Position numbers and translations under genes: made by a program | DNA from: Vermamoeba vermiformis | Lineage: Eukaryota | Direction: 5' to 3' | Length of the DNA: 64,000 nt | Assembly (NCBI GenBank): GCA_045837725.1 | Contig: JBEWZL010000276.1 | Span: 62,001 to 126,000, forward strand | The notes under the pieces: model-generated | The model's database searches: none | What the model was told of the DNA's origin: nothing | The model's input: only the letters and a program-made list of their open reading frames with translations | Part shown: positions 37,219 to 50,247 of the stretch, in pieces | Layout: each line of letters opens with the position of its first letter | Numbering within the stretch: position 1 is the stretch's first letter

Positions 37219-40200
37219 GTGCTATACTCCGTTTGACTCGCCAATTCAAATTCCACAACGAGCATCTCTTGCAGTGATCAAAGACAGAATAATTTTTGCC
37301 GGTGGTGACAGCCCATCCCTAGACTCGTCGAATCAAGTTGTTATTTATGATGCTATTACCAAAGAAATCACAAATCTTACATTGCCAGTTGGACGCGTAC
37401 ATATTAGAGTTGTTGGATCTGGATCGACCGTTCTTTTTGCTGGAGGAGTTGCTGGAGGACTACGTGGCCAACAAAACTATCCATTCATTGACGTCCTTAA
37501 CTTGGAGACTCTCGATATTATAACGATACCATTGCCTACAGAAAGAGTCACTTTTCAAGCGGTCGTTGTTGGATCTAAAGCATATTTTTATAACAACGTT
37601 CTGTTCAGTTTCGACTTGGAAACGTTCAATATCAGTATGATAGAATCCAATGAGTTATTTGATAGTATGACAACGGATGGATCATTTATTTACTTCTTAA
37701 ACAACAGACAACAACGAGTTGACAGATTCGATCCGGCATCCGGAGACTGGGGCTTTTTTCAATATCGCGATACCACCATTTTCACGAGTTTATTTTACAG
37801 CCCAAGAGGAAAATTGATAGTTTTTAGCTCCGGTCGAATAATATCAATGCAGTTAAACGGACCAGTTACTTGGACACGCCAAGTGGTTGAAGACATGCGA
37901 GTCAGCTCTGCGGTGCCAGTACTCATTGGAGATTTCATTTATGTTCCAAATCGTCGAGTGATGGTAGTGCACGATCTTAACCAGAGAAACTCATTTGGAT
38001 TTCGAATGAGCCAAACTTTCTACTCAAATGACGAATCTGCAGCAGTACACGACGGAATTATTTACTACACTGGACGTGGACCAGCAACGACAGTATTGAC
38101 GGTCAACACGCGAGCACTTAATTCAATCTTTCCCCTTGGAATTGGGCCAGAGTGTCGAGCCTACAGTGGTTGGCAGTACGCTATTTTGGTTTCAGCGAAC
38201 AGAACGCCTTCTCACAACATTTGATTTGGCCTCACGAATGTCAGCCAATTTCACTTGGACCAACCCCAGAGCTCTTTCCTCCGCACAGCTTCCTGTTAGC
38301 AATAAGCTGTTAGTTAGTGACACCAACGAGCTATGACACGTTCAATTTCGACACGGTGGAGCTGGTGTCACGTGATTTCCCGAGCGATTTTCCACCTCTT
38401 GACCATTTTTGGAGTCATTCCGCTGGAGATTACGCAGTATTTCTATTGCGCAGCAATCCTTTAGTTCCTTTCTACGACGGAGCTGTTGACACGTGGACTT
38501 TATTGGCCCGCAATGCATCTCAACTTTGCGCTCGTGCACTGGTTGTGAACGGCCAAATTGTCCTCCTATGCGGTACCAGTTGGTTGGAAATCTACGACAT
38601 CACGTCAAATCAATGGCTCACACCAGTAGCGCTCGGAGGAAACAGAGTTTTATTCGATTTTGCGATAGTCGGACCACTCGTGTTCTTCTCGTTGGGTCAA
38701 ACAACTGATTCGACGATGATCGTGCACACGTACGACACTAGCAGTGGCGAGCACAGAGCTATTCATTTGCCTGTAGCAAGAATTCGAGCTTTTATCGCTT
38801 CAGTGAACGACGAATGGATAGTCATCTATGGTGGCTACACCCCCGAGAATATCTTGGCAACACGGGTGGACCTTTACAACATTCGGCAAGATAAGTGGGT
38901 ACCTATCGACCTGCCACCAATATCTGCTTGGCTTCGCGGAATTCGTTTGACTCACACTGGCAATGCAATTGCGTTTGGAAGAGTGACACGCGTTGACATT
39001 CTCGATTTGACAACCTTCACTTTCGTTGAAGTGCCTCACACATTCGTGGACTTATTTGGAATGGCAGCTGTAGGAAGCAAGATAATATGCACGGGATTAA
39101 TCTCGTTTGATATGTTTGATATAGCAATCTATGAAACGTCAACGCAGACTATTCAATCAATCGAACTTCGCGGATATGGCAACATCGGACTTTTGTACAC
39201 GTGGCAGAATATGTTTCATTTCAGCTATGGCAACTTTAGATACTTGATGCCTGTTTCAACAACATTTTCCGCCATTCAAAGTCACGAGATATTTTCTGGC
39301 TTTCCGACAAACTTCACGACGGATGCGCTGGGCTTCGGTCTTTCGTACAACTGGCGACACAATGGGAGTCCTGTCAATGCCACTGGACCTACGCTAGTGA
39401 TTCCAAGTGCACAGCGCGAGTCAGGAGGACTTTACCAAGTTCATATCATTGATCAGTGCTCCGAAAGAATGACACAACAAGCCCAGCTGATCGTCAACGG
39501 CCCTCCCGAGATAACATTGCCGCTTACAAACACAATTCTGTTGTGTCACGAAACACAGAACATCTCAACGAGCTACAATGAGCAAGTGTCGTTTAGTTGG
39601 ACAATAGCTGATGCTAGTGCACGTGACCTCAGGCTTTCCCTTTCTAATAGTGTCAGGCGACACACTTGAATGCAATTCCGATAATATCGTGTGCGTCACA
39701 GCATCGAATCCAGCAGGAAGAACTGACAGCTGTGCTACAGTGAGATTCCTCGAAGTTGATCGCATCTTTCAAGGTCCTAATCTCACGTCGTCATCAAGCT
39801 TACACTTCATAGGCTCGTCAGAGGAGCTACAGATATCGATTATAGAAGACTGGTGCACAAGTCACACGTGGTATGCAGACGGCAGAGAGCTGATGACATT
39901 CACCGACAGCTCGAGCAAGTACTCGGTGGAAGTGTCTCGAGGCATGGAGAAGACAGAGTTCTACGTGATCGCGCAGTGCGGAAACAATCGCGTGCGCTCA
40001 GAACCATTTATTTTTGGCGATATTGCACCACTGGAAGTCGGGCATTTTGTCCTGATTATGATTCTTTGCCCAATCGCAGCTCATCGGAGCTGTTGTCTCT
40101 GGCAGTTTTGGGAGTCAGACGACTCAAACGAGGTGCGGAACACGAGATAGAGCTGCAAGACATGCTGTCACGAGCCAAGACAGAGTCACTTCAGAAAGAC

Positions 40201-41515
40201 GCAACTCCGCTTATTCAAGCGACAAAATGGGAATGGACACCAACGGACGACTTCACCTACAAGTCGCTCGACTCTTTGCCGTTCTCAGTTGACACTTCAC
40301 AGTTGCGATTTGGTGACAGTAGCGATCCTCTCGAAGTTGACATGGTTGCTCAAAGTGACGTGATCTTTTCACTGAACAATGCCAAGTCAAAGAAACTGCT
40401 GAAACAACCACTTCTCAATGACACTCGAGTCGACATATACGTCCCAATATCACCGAAGTACGAGATAACTGTTGATCCTGCATCGTTTGAGCTATCTCAA
40501 AATGCATCAGTTCATGTGGCGGTGTCGGTCAAACTGCGAATGACAACACGGTGCAAGATCACTCTCGTAGTTGTTCTAGAACAACGAAAGATGTATTCGG
40601 CGATCGAGTTCAAGTTGTCTAGCAAGATGTCAACGTGGGTCGATCTCGAAGAGATCGAAATGAATGGAGAATTCCTTGGAGGCGGAGGGTAAGTTGTGAC
40701 ACGTGATGACATCTTTGACACTTTGACATTTTGACACGAACTGACACTTTGTTGTAGATTCGGTTCAGTTGTGCGAGGAGTGTATCGAGGCCAAGATGTT
40801 GCAGTGAAGAAGCTTCTGAGTCAATATCTGACCGACGATGTGAAGATCGAGTTCGAGCGAGAAGTGACACTGATGAAGAGCTTGCGACATCCCAACATTG
40901 TTCAGTTCGTTGGTGCATCAAATGTGAAAGAGAGTTTGGCGATTGTGATCGAGTACGCACCTCTTGGCAGTCTTGCAAGTGTGATGGCGAAACAGTCGCT
41001 GTCTATACAGCTCAAAGTGATGTGCTTGTTGGAGACTGCCAAAGCGTTGCAGTTCCTTCATTCGAACGGCATTGATTCATCGCGACATCAAGCCTCAAAA
41101 CATTCTCGTGTTCTCGCTCGAGACAAGAGCAGCAGTGCATGTGAAACTGACTGACTTTGGCACATCACGGTTCATCGCTGATGACCCCACAACGATCACG
41201 AAGAACGTTGGTACAATTGCATTCATGGCACCAGAAGCACTCGGTCGCAATCCACGCATTGACAAGAGTGCAGATGTTTACAGTTTTGCAGTGCTGATGT
41301 GGTCAGTGTTGTTCGAACAAGTGCCGTTCAAAGAGTTCAAATGGGACTCAGACATCGAACAACATGTCAAATCAGGCAACCGACTTCCGTTCCCTCATGG
41401 ACATGCGATCGATCCATCGTTGGTGAAACTGATTGAAGCCTGCTGGCAACATGATCCAACAGCTCGACCAACGATGAGCTCCGTTGTTCAACAAATTTCG
41501 TCCATGCAAATATAA
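37219..41515 (+). CDS. receptor kinase: kelch-like propeller, Ig-like domains, TM, juxtamembrane beta domain and TKL kinase (several frameshifts; start uncertain)
   Basis: IIFAGG and VLFAGG kelch-like blades; YNWRHNG..SGGLYQV Ig domain; TM near 40040-40115; kinase LGGGG|FG, VAVKKL, HRDIKPQNIL, DFG, APE. Confidence 0.8.
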
Positions 41516-41665
41516 AACATCTTTTTTTTGCAATAACAAGGATAGCAATACGAATAATAAGCTGGCACGGTCAGGATATTTCCTATTTCTTCTCGCAAAA
41601 AGTTTTCCCGCTAGCGGCGGGATTTTGTCATTCACTTTTGCTTTGTGATTATCACGATACGTCAA

Positions 41666-44600
41666 ATGGCTGATGCAACAAGCATTGACTTGGTTGACGA
41701 TCTATGGCGAAGTGTATTTAACTTTGTATCTTTCGGCCAACGTCTCCGCTTAGCACAGGTAATTTTTGATTTTATTCTCGTAATAATATTTTTAAAATAA
41801 TATTTGGACACGAAACAAAAAGGTATATTTGTTATTCGTATGATTACCATATTTATCTAATAATAAACATTGTGTAGATAGCTTTCAATTATTTTATTTA
41901 TTATTTTTGTTTAGGTGTCAAAAAAATGGTACGAACTCGTGCACCATCCGTTTACGTGGCTAATTGTGGAAGTTGAAGATACACACAAAATCAGTACTGC
42001 ATTATTTATTCCTGGGTTAAGAAAATTCGTGGAAAAATACTGCACCGCAACTAAAGATCTGCGCTTGGTGTTGGTTGGGCCCATCATGCAGTCGGTAATT
42101 GCGAAAGTCGCTCCTGGAAGCAACAGGCTCTGCTCATAAGCCTGACAGTCGATCTTTCGTGGAGGAAGTGTAAATGTTGCTCGATTCAATTTTTCAATTG
42201 CCATCGTTGCAAAGATTGGTATTGTTAGGTTCGAAATCTATGTTTTCCTACACTCTAAAACAAGCTCCTGCTAGTAAGCACTTAAAGCTGTTTCGGACGA
42301 GTTTGACGTTGCATTCCGACTCTCTGCTGCCATTATTAGCTGTAAGTCAATCAAATACATTTCTTAGTTAATCATAAAATCGCTATTAGGGCGCGATTAA
42401 TCTAGAAGAGCTGTACTTTGACTTTCGGGTCAAATTTCCAAGTAATTTACCTCCAAATGTTGCTCCCAAGCTTCAACGATTAAGCTTGCCTAGAATTGCG
42501 GATGAAGACGTCACAGCACTCATCAACGCCATTCCGAACTTGAAGTACCTTCTTATTGAATCCTGTTCATATCCTGCAATCAGCCAGATCAACAATACTA
42601 CTGTCATAGTAGCAGACAAGGCATTCAAAAAACCAATCGACGTTGACAGGATCAAAGAGTTGGAGCCAATATTGGTGCCGTACACAAGCTTCTCTGAGCC
42701 TTTATTAGGCGCATTAATTCGAGACTTAGGATCGCTCGATGGTCCAGTGAACTATTTGGTAAAAGAATTGGGCTGGGATCTGAACGCGACGTAAGCAAAA
42801 AAATTCTGGTATTTAAATTACCAATATTTATTTTATTGATAGTAAACCGAAATATGTTTATCGACCGAGCTTCTATGAGAGCAAAAGTTCTGCGGTCGAG
42901 TATGCAATGCAAGTGGCTGTTCGGATGGATGATGCGCATATTGTGAATGAACTACTGAAGCTCAATGCTCTTGCGGAATGTCCGAACCCACACATATCAT
43001 ATTTGTCCGACGCTTCTAGTCCTGAAGTGACCTTATTATTGTTGCAAAATGGAGCGGATCCGAACAAAATGGTTAAAGCCATGAACGGTTTTGTTCCTGC
43101 ATTCATGAATATGATTCTTAGTAAACGAGGTAATTATTCTTAATTATCTAACATCGTTTACTAACCTAAATTAATGACAGATCTGAGAGAAGTTATAGAT
43201 TTCATCAAAGACAAGATTGACGTTCATTTTAAGTACAGCGGCAAATCAACTCTACACGTACGTAATTAAAAATCTTTGCGTTGAATTAAACTAATCAATT
43301 CGACTCAGTGGGCCTTAGAGAAAGATTGCTGGAATTTTTTTGATGCTTTTCTTGACGCTGGCGTGAAGCTTGAGACGTTTGGTTTACCTTCGTTGCTTTG
43401 CAAGGACCAAGCAAGAGTAAGTATTGTAATTCTATAGGTTGCAAATACTGACAATTTCTTTGAAGTTTCTGAAAGTGATGCGGACAAAAAGCTTCGTGGT
43501 TGATAACAGCCAGGAGGGCACAATCGGAAGTAAAAATTTGCTTCATTTGCTGGCCTTGTATGCACTAAACCCTCCACTGCCTCCCAAGTGGACTGTTAAG
43601 CTAGACGGTCCTTCAACTACAATTTTGGGACGGACTTGGTGCTTACCTTTTTCTTTCACACCCGGTCAATCGTCAAAATCACCGAAATTTGGCAATTCGG
43701 GAGGCACTAAATGGTCTTCTCCAAATGTTCCATCGAATCCATTCTCGTTTTCTACGCCACCGAAAACACCGACAAGTCCCACGAAACCGGAGTTCGAGTT
43801 GGATCCGACTTTAGAAGAGAAGTTTGCGACTCCATTTCAAAGTCCAAGCAGTGCCAACAATACAGCGTTGCCAAATAATCCTTTCTGGTTGCCAAGCCCA
43901 ACAAAAGGCTCCATTCAGACCTCGGATACGACTCCAACTTTCGCTGCAAAAGACACTGTAAAGGATGCAGCAACAAGCAACAATTTGTTTGCCCCAGTGG
44001 CATCTGTCAACCCATTCAGCACCACTTCACCTTCTGGCGTGATGAAGGACGACGAAATTTCACAGGAAAACCAAGCAGCGAAGCTTAACAAATCAAACGC
44101 GGAAGGATCAAAGTCCGTTGTTGACGCAGAAAAATCATTGATTTCCCTTGAAGTCTTTACGGAGAAATCTTTCACGGAGGTTTTTGAGCAAGTCTTGGAG
44201 CTAATGAGCGACAAGATCAATTCAACCAACAAAAAAGGCTGTACTGCTTTGCAGATGCTGTGTCGATCAAACTTACTTCTCGTGGACAAATGGAACCGAG
44301 TGAAACTATTGCTCGCTAAAGGCGCCGATGTAAACATTGCCGTAAGGAATTCTTACTTAACCTTGCTGTTGTTCAAAACTGACTTGAAGTTTAGAACGAA
44401 CGAGGCTGGAGTCCGCTCCACGCTGTCTGTTACCTTGGCGAATGGTCCTTGGTCGAGCTGTTGATTGACAATGGTGCAAAATTGGATGTTCAAGACAAGT
44501 ACGGCATCACGCCACTGGCAGCGGCGATTTATGGCATGCATTGCAACGAGACAGTGTCAAAGTGTCATTCATACTTTACCACTGCCCTGACAAAAACTCC

Positions 44601-46488
44601 ACCTGAAGCGTTCAAGCTCAAAGAGAAGGTAACACACACGTCATTAATATTTGATGATATTAACCTTATTTGTGCAGCGATCAGACCGCACTTTGGCGCA
44701 CATGTTAGCCACAGTTGCATCGCCGAATGAATTCAAGACTATTGTTGACAAATGCGATATCACCGTCAGGTTTGAATTACTACGCGTCATTTAGTATTAT
44801 AATATAATACCGTTTAGAGATGTCGCCGGCTACACTCCATTGCACTACGCAATTTACTTTGGAAATCTCGACCTTGTTCCTTTTCTCCTCGAAAACGGAG
44901 CGGATCCGAACGCTCAAACTACGGCCTTGAAAGTTACACGTAAGCTACGTCATATGATGTCCTTTCTTACGAGCATTTTTTTTAGCTGCAATGCTGTTGC
45001 TACACCTGCTGTCGTTCGCGACTACCAAAGCGAAAGAATACTGCAAGTATTTCAGGAGCCAATTTGGTTTATTCGGAGCGCCTCCGTTCACAAAAAAATC
45101 AACAAGGTATCTTTTTTAAGCAATACAGACTGGATCCTAACGCTTTCAAAGGCCAATGTGCGTGCCAGAACAGATCGCACAAACAATTATCCCGCCGTGG
45201 CACAGTGGTCAAGCTACGGACAGACAAGAACAGAACAGGTATGATATATCATTGATAAATCAATAAAAAATTCGGGGAATATTAACGGAGTGACAGAGTA
45301 ATCGAGCTCACTAATGGACTACAAACCTTGACTACCTTAAGAGATCGGATTTCTTGCGAGGAGAGGAAAGGTAAAAGCGCCACGTATATTCTTTATTAAC
45401 ATTTTTGAGTTAGTTCGTTAGAACACCTCAAGGAGCAAGCACCAATCATCATTTTCGAGGCGAGCATTGGTTTCGAAAAAATAACGAGGGGATTATCCCT
45501 TCGCCATGCAAGTATCTTATGATACTTTCTTATACTGACCATAATGACTATATAGGGCCTGTCGTCACGAACTTCTGGAAACTATCAAGTAAAAATCAAT
45601 TTATTTATTTATTTTTTTTTTATTTCCTTCATTAACTTTGTATCTGCAGCTCGCAGTTACGGTCAATAGCAAAGGGTATATATGAAGGTGCAAAGATCAA
45701 TTTGCAGGAGCGCGATAGTCATGGCTATTCACCGCTCTATTACATTCTTAACAGCTCACTTAAAAATAAAAGCTTGTGGCTTCGTTTAGCAGGTAAGTTC
45801 TCGCTCAATAATTTTTATTTTTAACGGTCAAATTAGGCGACATAAGCACAGAGGAATACGGCGTGAAGAAGACTCTACTTGACCTTCTCTTGGAAAAAAA
45901 GGATTTGATAGCGGATACTCTGGAGCTAATAAGAATTCAGCCGAATTTTTTAACTGTTAAAGATCACCTCGGTCGAACCTTATTAATGCGAATAATAATT
46001 TGCGTGAGTATTTTACGAGTCAAATGTCACACTTACATTAACGAAATTTCAAAACAGATCGCTCAAGATCCCGGAACTTCTGCAGCAGTAAGTTAATCAT
46101 TTAGCATGCCTTTTACTAATTAATACTTACATATGGCTAGGACTTGTTACGTCTGTTGGAAGAGGTGGTTCGTAACGAGCCCGAAAATATCAACGAACAA
46201 GATGTCAACGGTGACACCGCGTTACATTTCGCGTGCAGATATTTTCATTTAGGATATTTCGAGCGCGTGAAAGGACGTATTGAAGGAGAAGAAGGGGTAG
46301 ATTTGTTCTTCAGACCAGCGTTCATACTACGGGACTGCAATGCAGATCCGACCATCAAAAACAACAAAGGCGAAACTCCGTTGGATTATGTTCCCAATCT
46401 CGAAGATTACAGAGGTCTTTACGAAAAGCATTTCGTGGAAGATGATGAGGAAGAAGACGACGGGGAAGACTCGTCTGACGACGGATAA
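41666..46488 (+). CDS. F-box, LRR and ankyrin-repeat protein with a Ser/Pro/Phe-rich insert
   Basis: DLVDDLWRSVFNFVSFGQRLRLAQVSKKW (F-box); ankyrin motifs GITPLAAA, GYTPLHYA..LLENGADPN, GDTALHFAC, GETPLD; acidic tail. Confidence 0.75.
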
Positions 46489-46567
46489 AAATTCATAATC
46501 ATACAAAAAAAATACGACAATTTAATTCACTTGCAAATAAATTAATGGCAATTTCACGGAGTTTTAT

Positions 46568-49500
46568 TTACAAATTAGGAATTTCGCAACGTGAGCAAAT
46601 TTCATCGTAAAAACTGATCTGTGATTTTTGCACGTGGTACGCGCTCGTGTTCTCCAAATACGCATCGTAAAATACTTGTGCTTCGTAATCATCTTTTTGA
46701 TAGATCGTCGGATTGGCGTAATGCGTTAAATGATATTGCTTCTTATAATACATTCTCTTCTTCTCTTGTTGTGGTTTTTCGTCTAATTTACTCGGCTGCA
46801 AATAACTACGCAAAAAAGTTATTGAATGACGTGCGAAATTTCATTTTTCATGAACGCTACTTACTTAATGAACGCCATAATGTCTTGTTTTTTGTTCTTC
46901 AGGTCCATGCCATAAACATCCAACGGATTTTCGTCATTATATTTCTCGTAGTCTTCTGCCTCGTAAATCTCCGTGCGAGGTCTTGCGTCTTTTTTCTTCG
47001 ATTTTGTCGCAGAAAATAATCGCCAAGATGTTCCACCCCGTGAAAAAGCTTCCAATCTTTGCGTGTTGTTGAACGGCTGTGCAAGAATATTATCAAATTC
47101 TGAGATTTTATGCAGCTGATAGAACTCTTCGTAAGTCACATCCGCGTTCATGTCGTCTTTTTCATTGAACGGTTGCACTGGCTCCGTTTTTAGACTAAGT
47201 CGTGCAAGGGTCGGTGATTGACTCTCGTTCAGTGAAGGATATTGTAGGCTATTTTTAGCGTTATCTCCGTCGTCCTGTGGTACTTCAGTGAACCGTGGCT
47301 GTTTCGATTGGAACCTGTAAATCGGCTCGACCCACCACTTCGTATTACTATAAAAGGAAATGTTAGCATCGTTTGCGAAAGTCACTCTTTGACACGTGTC
47401 AAAGTGTCAAACACTTCTATCGTGAACAGTACACTTGAACATCGGACAACTTCCTAATTAGGCAATATCTTACCATATCAAGCCCTTGACGGGGTTTTTC
47501 ATGTGTAATTGATAATCAGTTTCCAAGTCCCATAAATCCACGGGCTCGCAGTAGGGCCTGAAGACGCCTAAGAACAAATTGATCGAATTTTGTTTCTCGT
47601 AGTCCGTGAAAGCATTGCTGTAAAATCTTTTGATGCTGGACCACACGTCTTTCGATTGATCGATAATTGTCTTATTTTGGTTATAACTTTTCATCGTGTG
47701 CGCTAATCCCGAGCCTCCGTACTGCAGCGCCAATTGATGCCCGGAAATTTCGTACATTTCAGTCAACAAGTGCGAGATGGTCATATCAGATTGCAAATAA
47801 GGCGAGCTAATTAGACCCATGGCGTACAATTGATGGCCTAGTGCTGCATTGCCCATGCAAAATTGCGCTGCATTTGTGCGATCCAAACTGTCGATGCAAT
47901 TTGTTCGAAGGACGCCTCGTTGTTCTCGGCCAATAAGATCTGATCCATATCCAATTCCTCCTATTGGATGATATTCTCCGAGAATATTCGCTCTAGTAAA
48001 TTGAACATAGTTAGTTAACAGATCAATTTTTCACAGCGGATCTTTTTGGACAACTTTCAATGCGACGTATATTTAAGCTAGTGGTACTAAGTACTATTGT
48101 ATAATTAATAAAGCATACCTTTCATCTCTCAGCATTGTGCTTCGCAAGTGTTTTCCGCTGTGAAAAAATCCAGTCTTCGCGACGGCGTCTTGACAAATCT
48201 CGTACATTTCTTGCTGCATATAAATCTTGCCCCTATAAAACACATCGGTATTAATAGATATAACTTAAAATTAACGGAATAGTTATAATAAATAATAATA
48301 CTAATCTTATTTTGACCGTACTTTTTCGAAGCCTTTTTGAAGTCCCATGGAATGTACGTGATTTTTGCGTCTTCATTTTCAATTTTTGAATTGATAAAAT
48401 CGATCATTTTGCCAAAAGCTTCACGCAGAATCATTTCTCGAGGACTTTTTTCAAATGACTTTCATCAATGCGTAACGTTAGCAAAGTTAAGTCGTATAGT
48501 ATAAATAATAATTACCTTAATAAGGTTAAACACTATTAAAGGAGCGCCATATCTTCCCATCAAATCGACAAAATGCAAAATCGAAGCGGAATAGAACGGA
48601 TCCAATCGTTGAACTGAAATTTGAGTTAGACGTATGATATTATAATAATATAAGATACGTGTATTATACGTACTTGTGATAGGTGGTTTCGGTATAATAT
48701 TGTTAGAGCTGTCTTGAGCCCAAAATAATGGAATGGATCCACGGTGTTGTACGAACGACGAAAAATGTTCGTGAATTAAATGTCCATTATTAGGCTCGTA
48801 TAATATTTGTTCCGTTTCTACGTCATTTGCAACATAGCCTTGTTCGTTAAGACCTCTTTTAAGAAATCTCGTGCCTGCAAAAATTCTGGATCTTCGCGAG
48901 ATCAAAATGACTTGCAAGATCTTGCCAAAAATATCGACCACTAAAAGAAAATGTTATTATATGTAATTAATATATTATATAGTGACAGTATTACTTGATT
49001 GGACGTAAGAACCGTGGACGAGTGGCAAGATCCAGCACTTTGACGACGGACTTTTCTTTGCTAACTTCAACACGCCTTGCAATAAATAATGATTCCATAC
49101 AAATATGCCATTATATCCAGGGATCTTAGTATTATGCGCTGGATCAACTTTCATGTTGTATTGAAGAGTATGGGTCAGATCGTAAGTGTAGCTGAAATAA
49201 AAGTCTCTTGTAACGTCCAATTCGAAGAATAAATTCTTATATCTATAATAAAATTAATAAAATTAATATTAGTACTTGAATTGGAATTTTTGTAACGAAA
49301 AGAAAATTAATGAAATTTACCGTTCTTCGTTGGCTGAGACTGGAGACTCTTCAAAAGCAGCATGAGGTATATAAATATATTGCGTATCAGCTATAGTATA
49401 GATTTTATGAGGACCAATCACGCCAACTTTTTTGCGTTTTGAGATCAAGAGCATGTAATAGCCCTTTAAAAACCGAATAAAACCTGAATCGAAATCGCGT

Positions 49501-50049
49501 TATAAAACATTTAATATGATATAAGAATAGTTTACCTATAATGCCGTATACTTTTGGGCAAACAATTTTAACGCCTCCGCTAGATTTGTTGCCTTGATCT
49601 ATCATCGCAATAAGATCCTGCATTAAAAGTCATTTAATCAATTGATACCCATTAATTATTATGCAATTACCTTGACTTCTTCCTCAGTATATGTGGCTCC
49701 ATCGTCCATTAGCGACAGATCAAATGGCATTGTCCGATCGATTTTCATTATCTTAATAACATTGTTAAATTCGCTTACAATTTTATTTTTACTTACCTTC
49801 CATATGGATTTACTTGAATTGGTTCCGACCACATAAAACCGCTATTGAATCGATTTTTTAATTTTTGTATGATTTTCGGTGTAATTTTCTACTTACACTT
49901 TTAGTCTCGTAAATAGTAAATTTTGTCAATGCAAATCTAATAGGATTTAATTTATATTTTGTTTCTTTCATTTTGTTTGGTTTTTGTGCAGATGCAGCTT
50001 TCGGCTCATTTGCGCTCTCTTTGCTCGTGCTTTGTTTCTGACTATCCAT
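46568..50049 (-). CDS. FIG4: Sac-domain polyphosphoinositide phosphatase FIG4/SAC3
   Basis: [46 protein letters not shown], catalytic [44 protein letters not shown]. Confidence 0.92.
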
Positions 50050-50247
50050 CGTGCATTAATAACGTTTGATTATGTATGTCATATTATGGGATAAATAAGA
50101 ATCTTATTGTCCTCTGTTCTTGCGGTCACCTAAAAATATTTCTCGTTCTTCCGAGCACTTGCAAGCACACGGTGCAACATTAATGACAAATAGTTAAGCC
50201 ATTATATATTTATTTAATTATAGCTCATTGTCACCGTAACAAGCAGC

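Noticed and set aside
43600-44050. F/S/P-rich region (NPFSF, NPFW, NPFS) as an FG nucleoporin
   Set aside because: Few true FG motifs, and it is embedded between ankyrin repeats of an F-box protein
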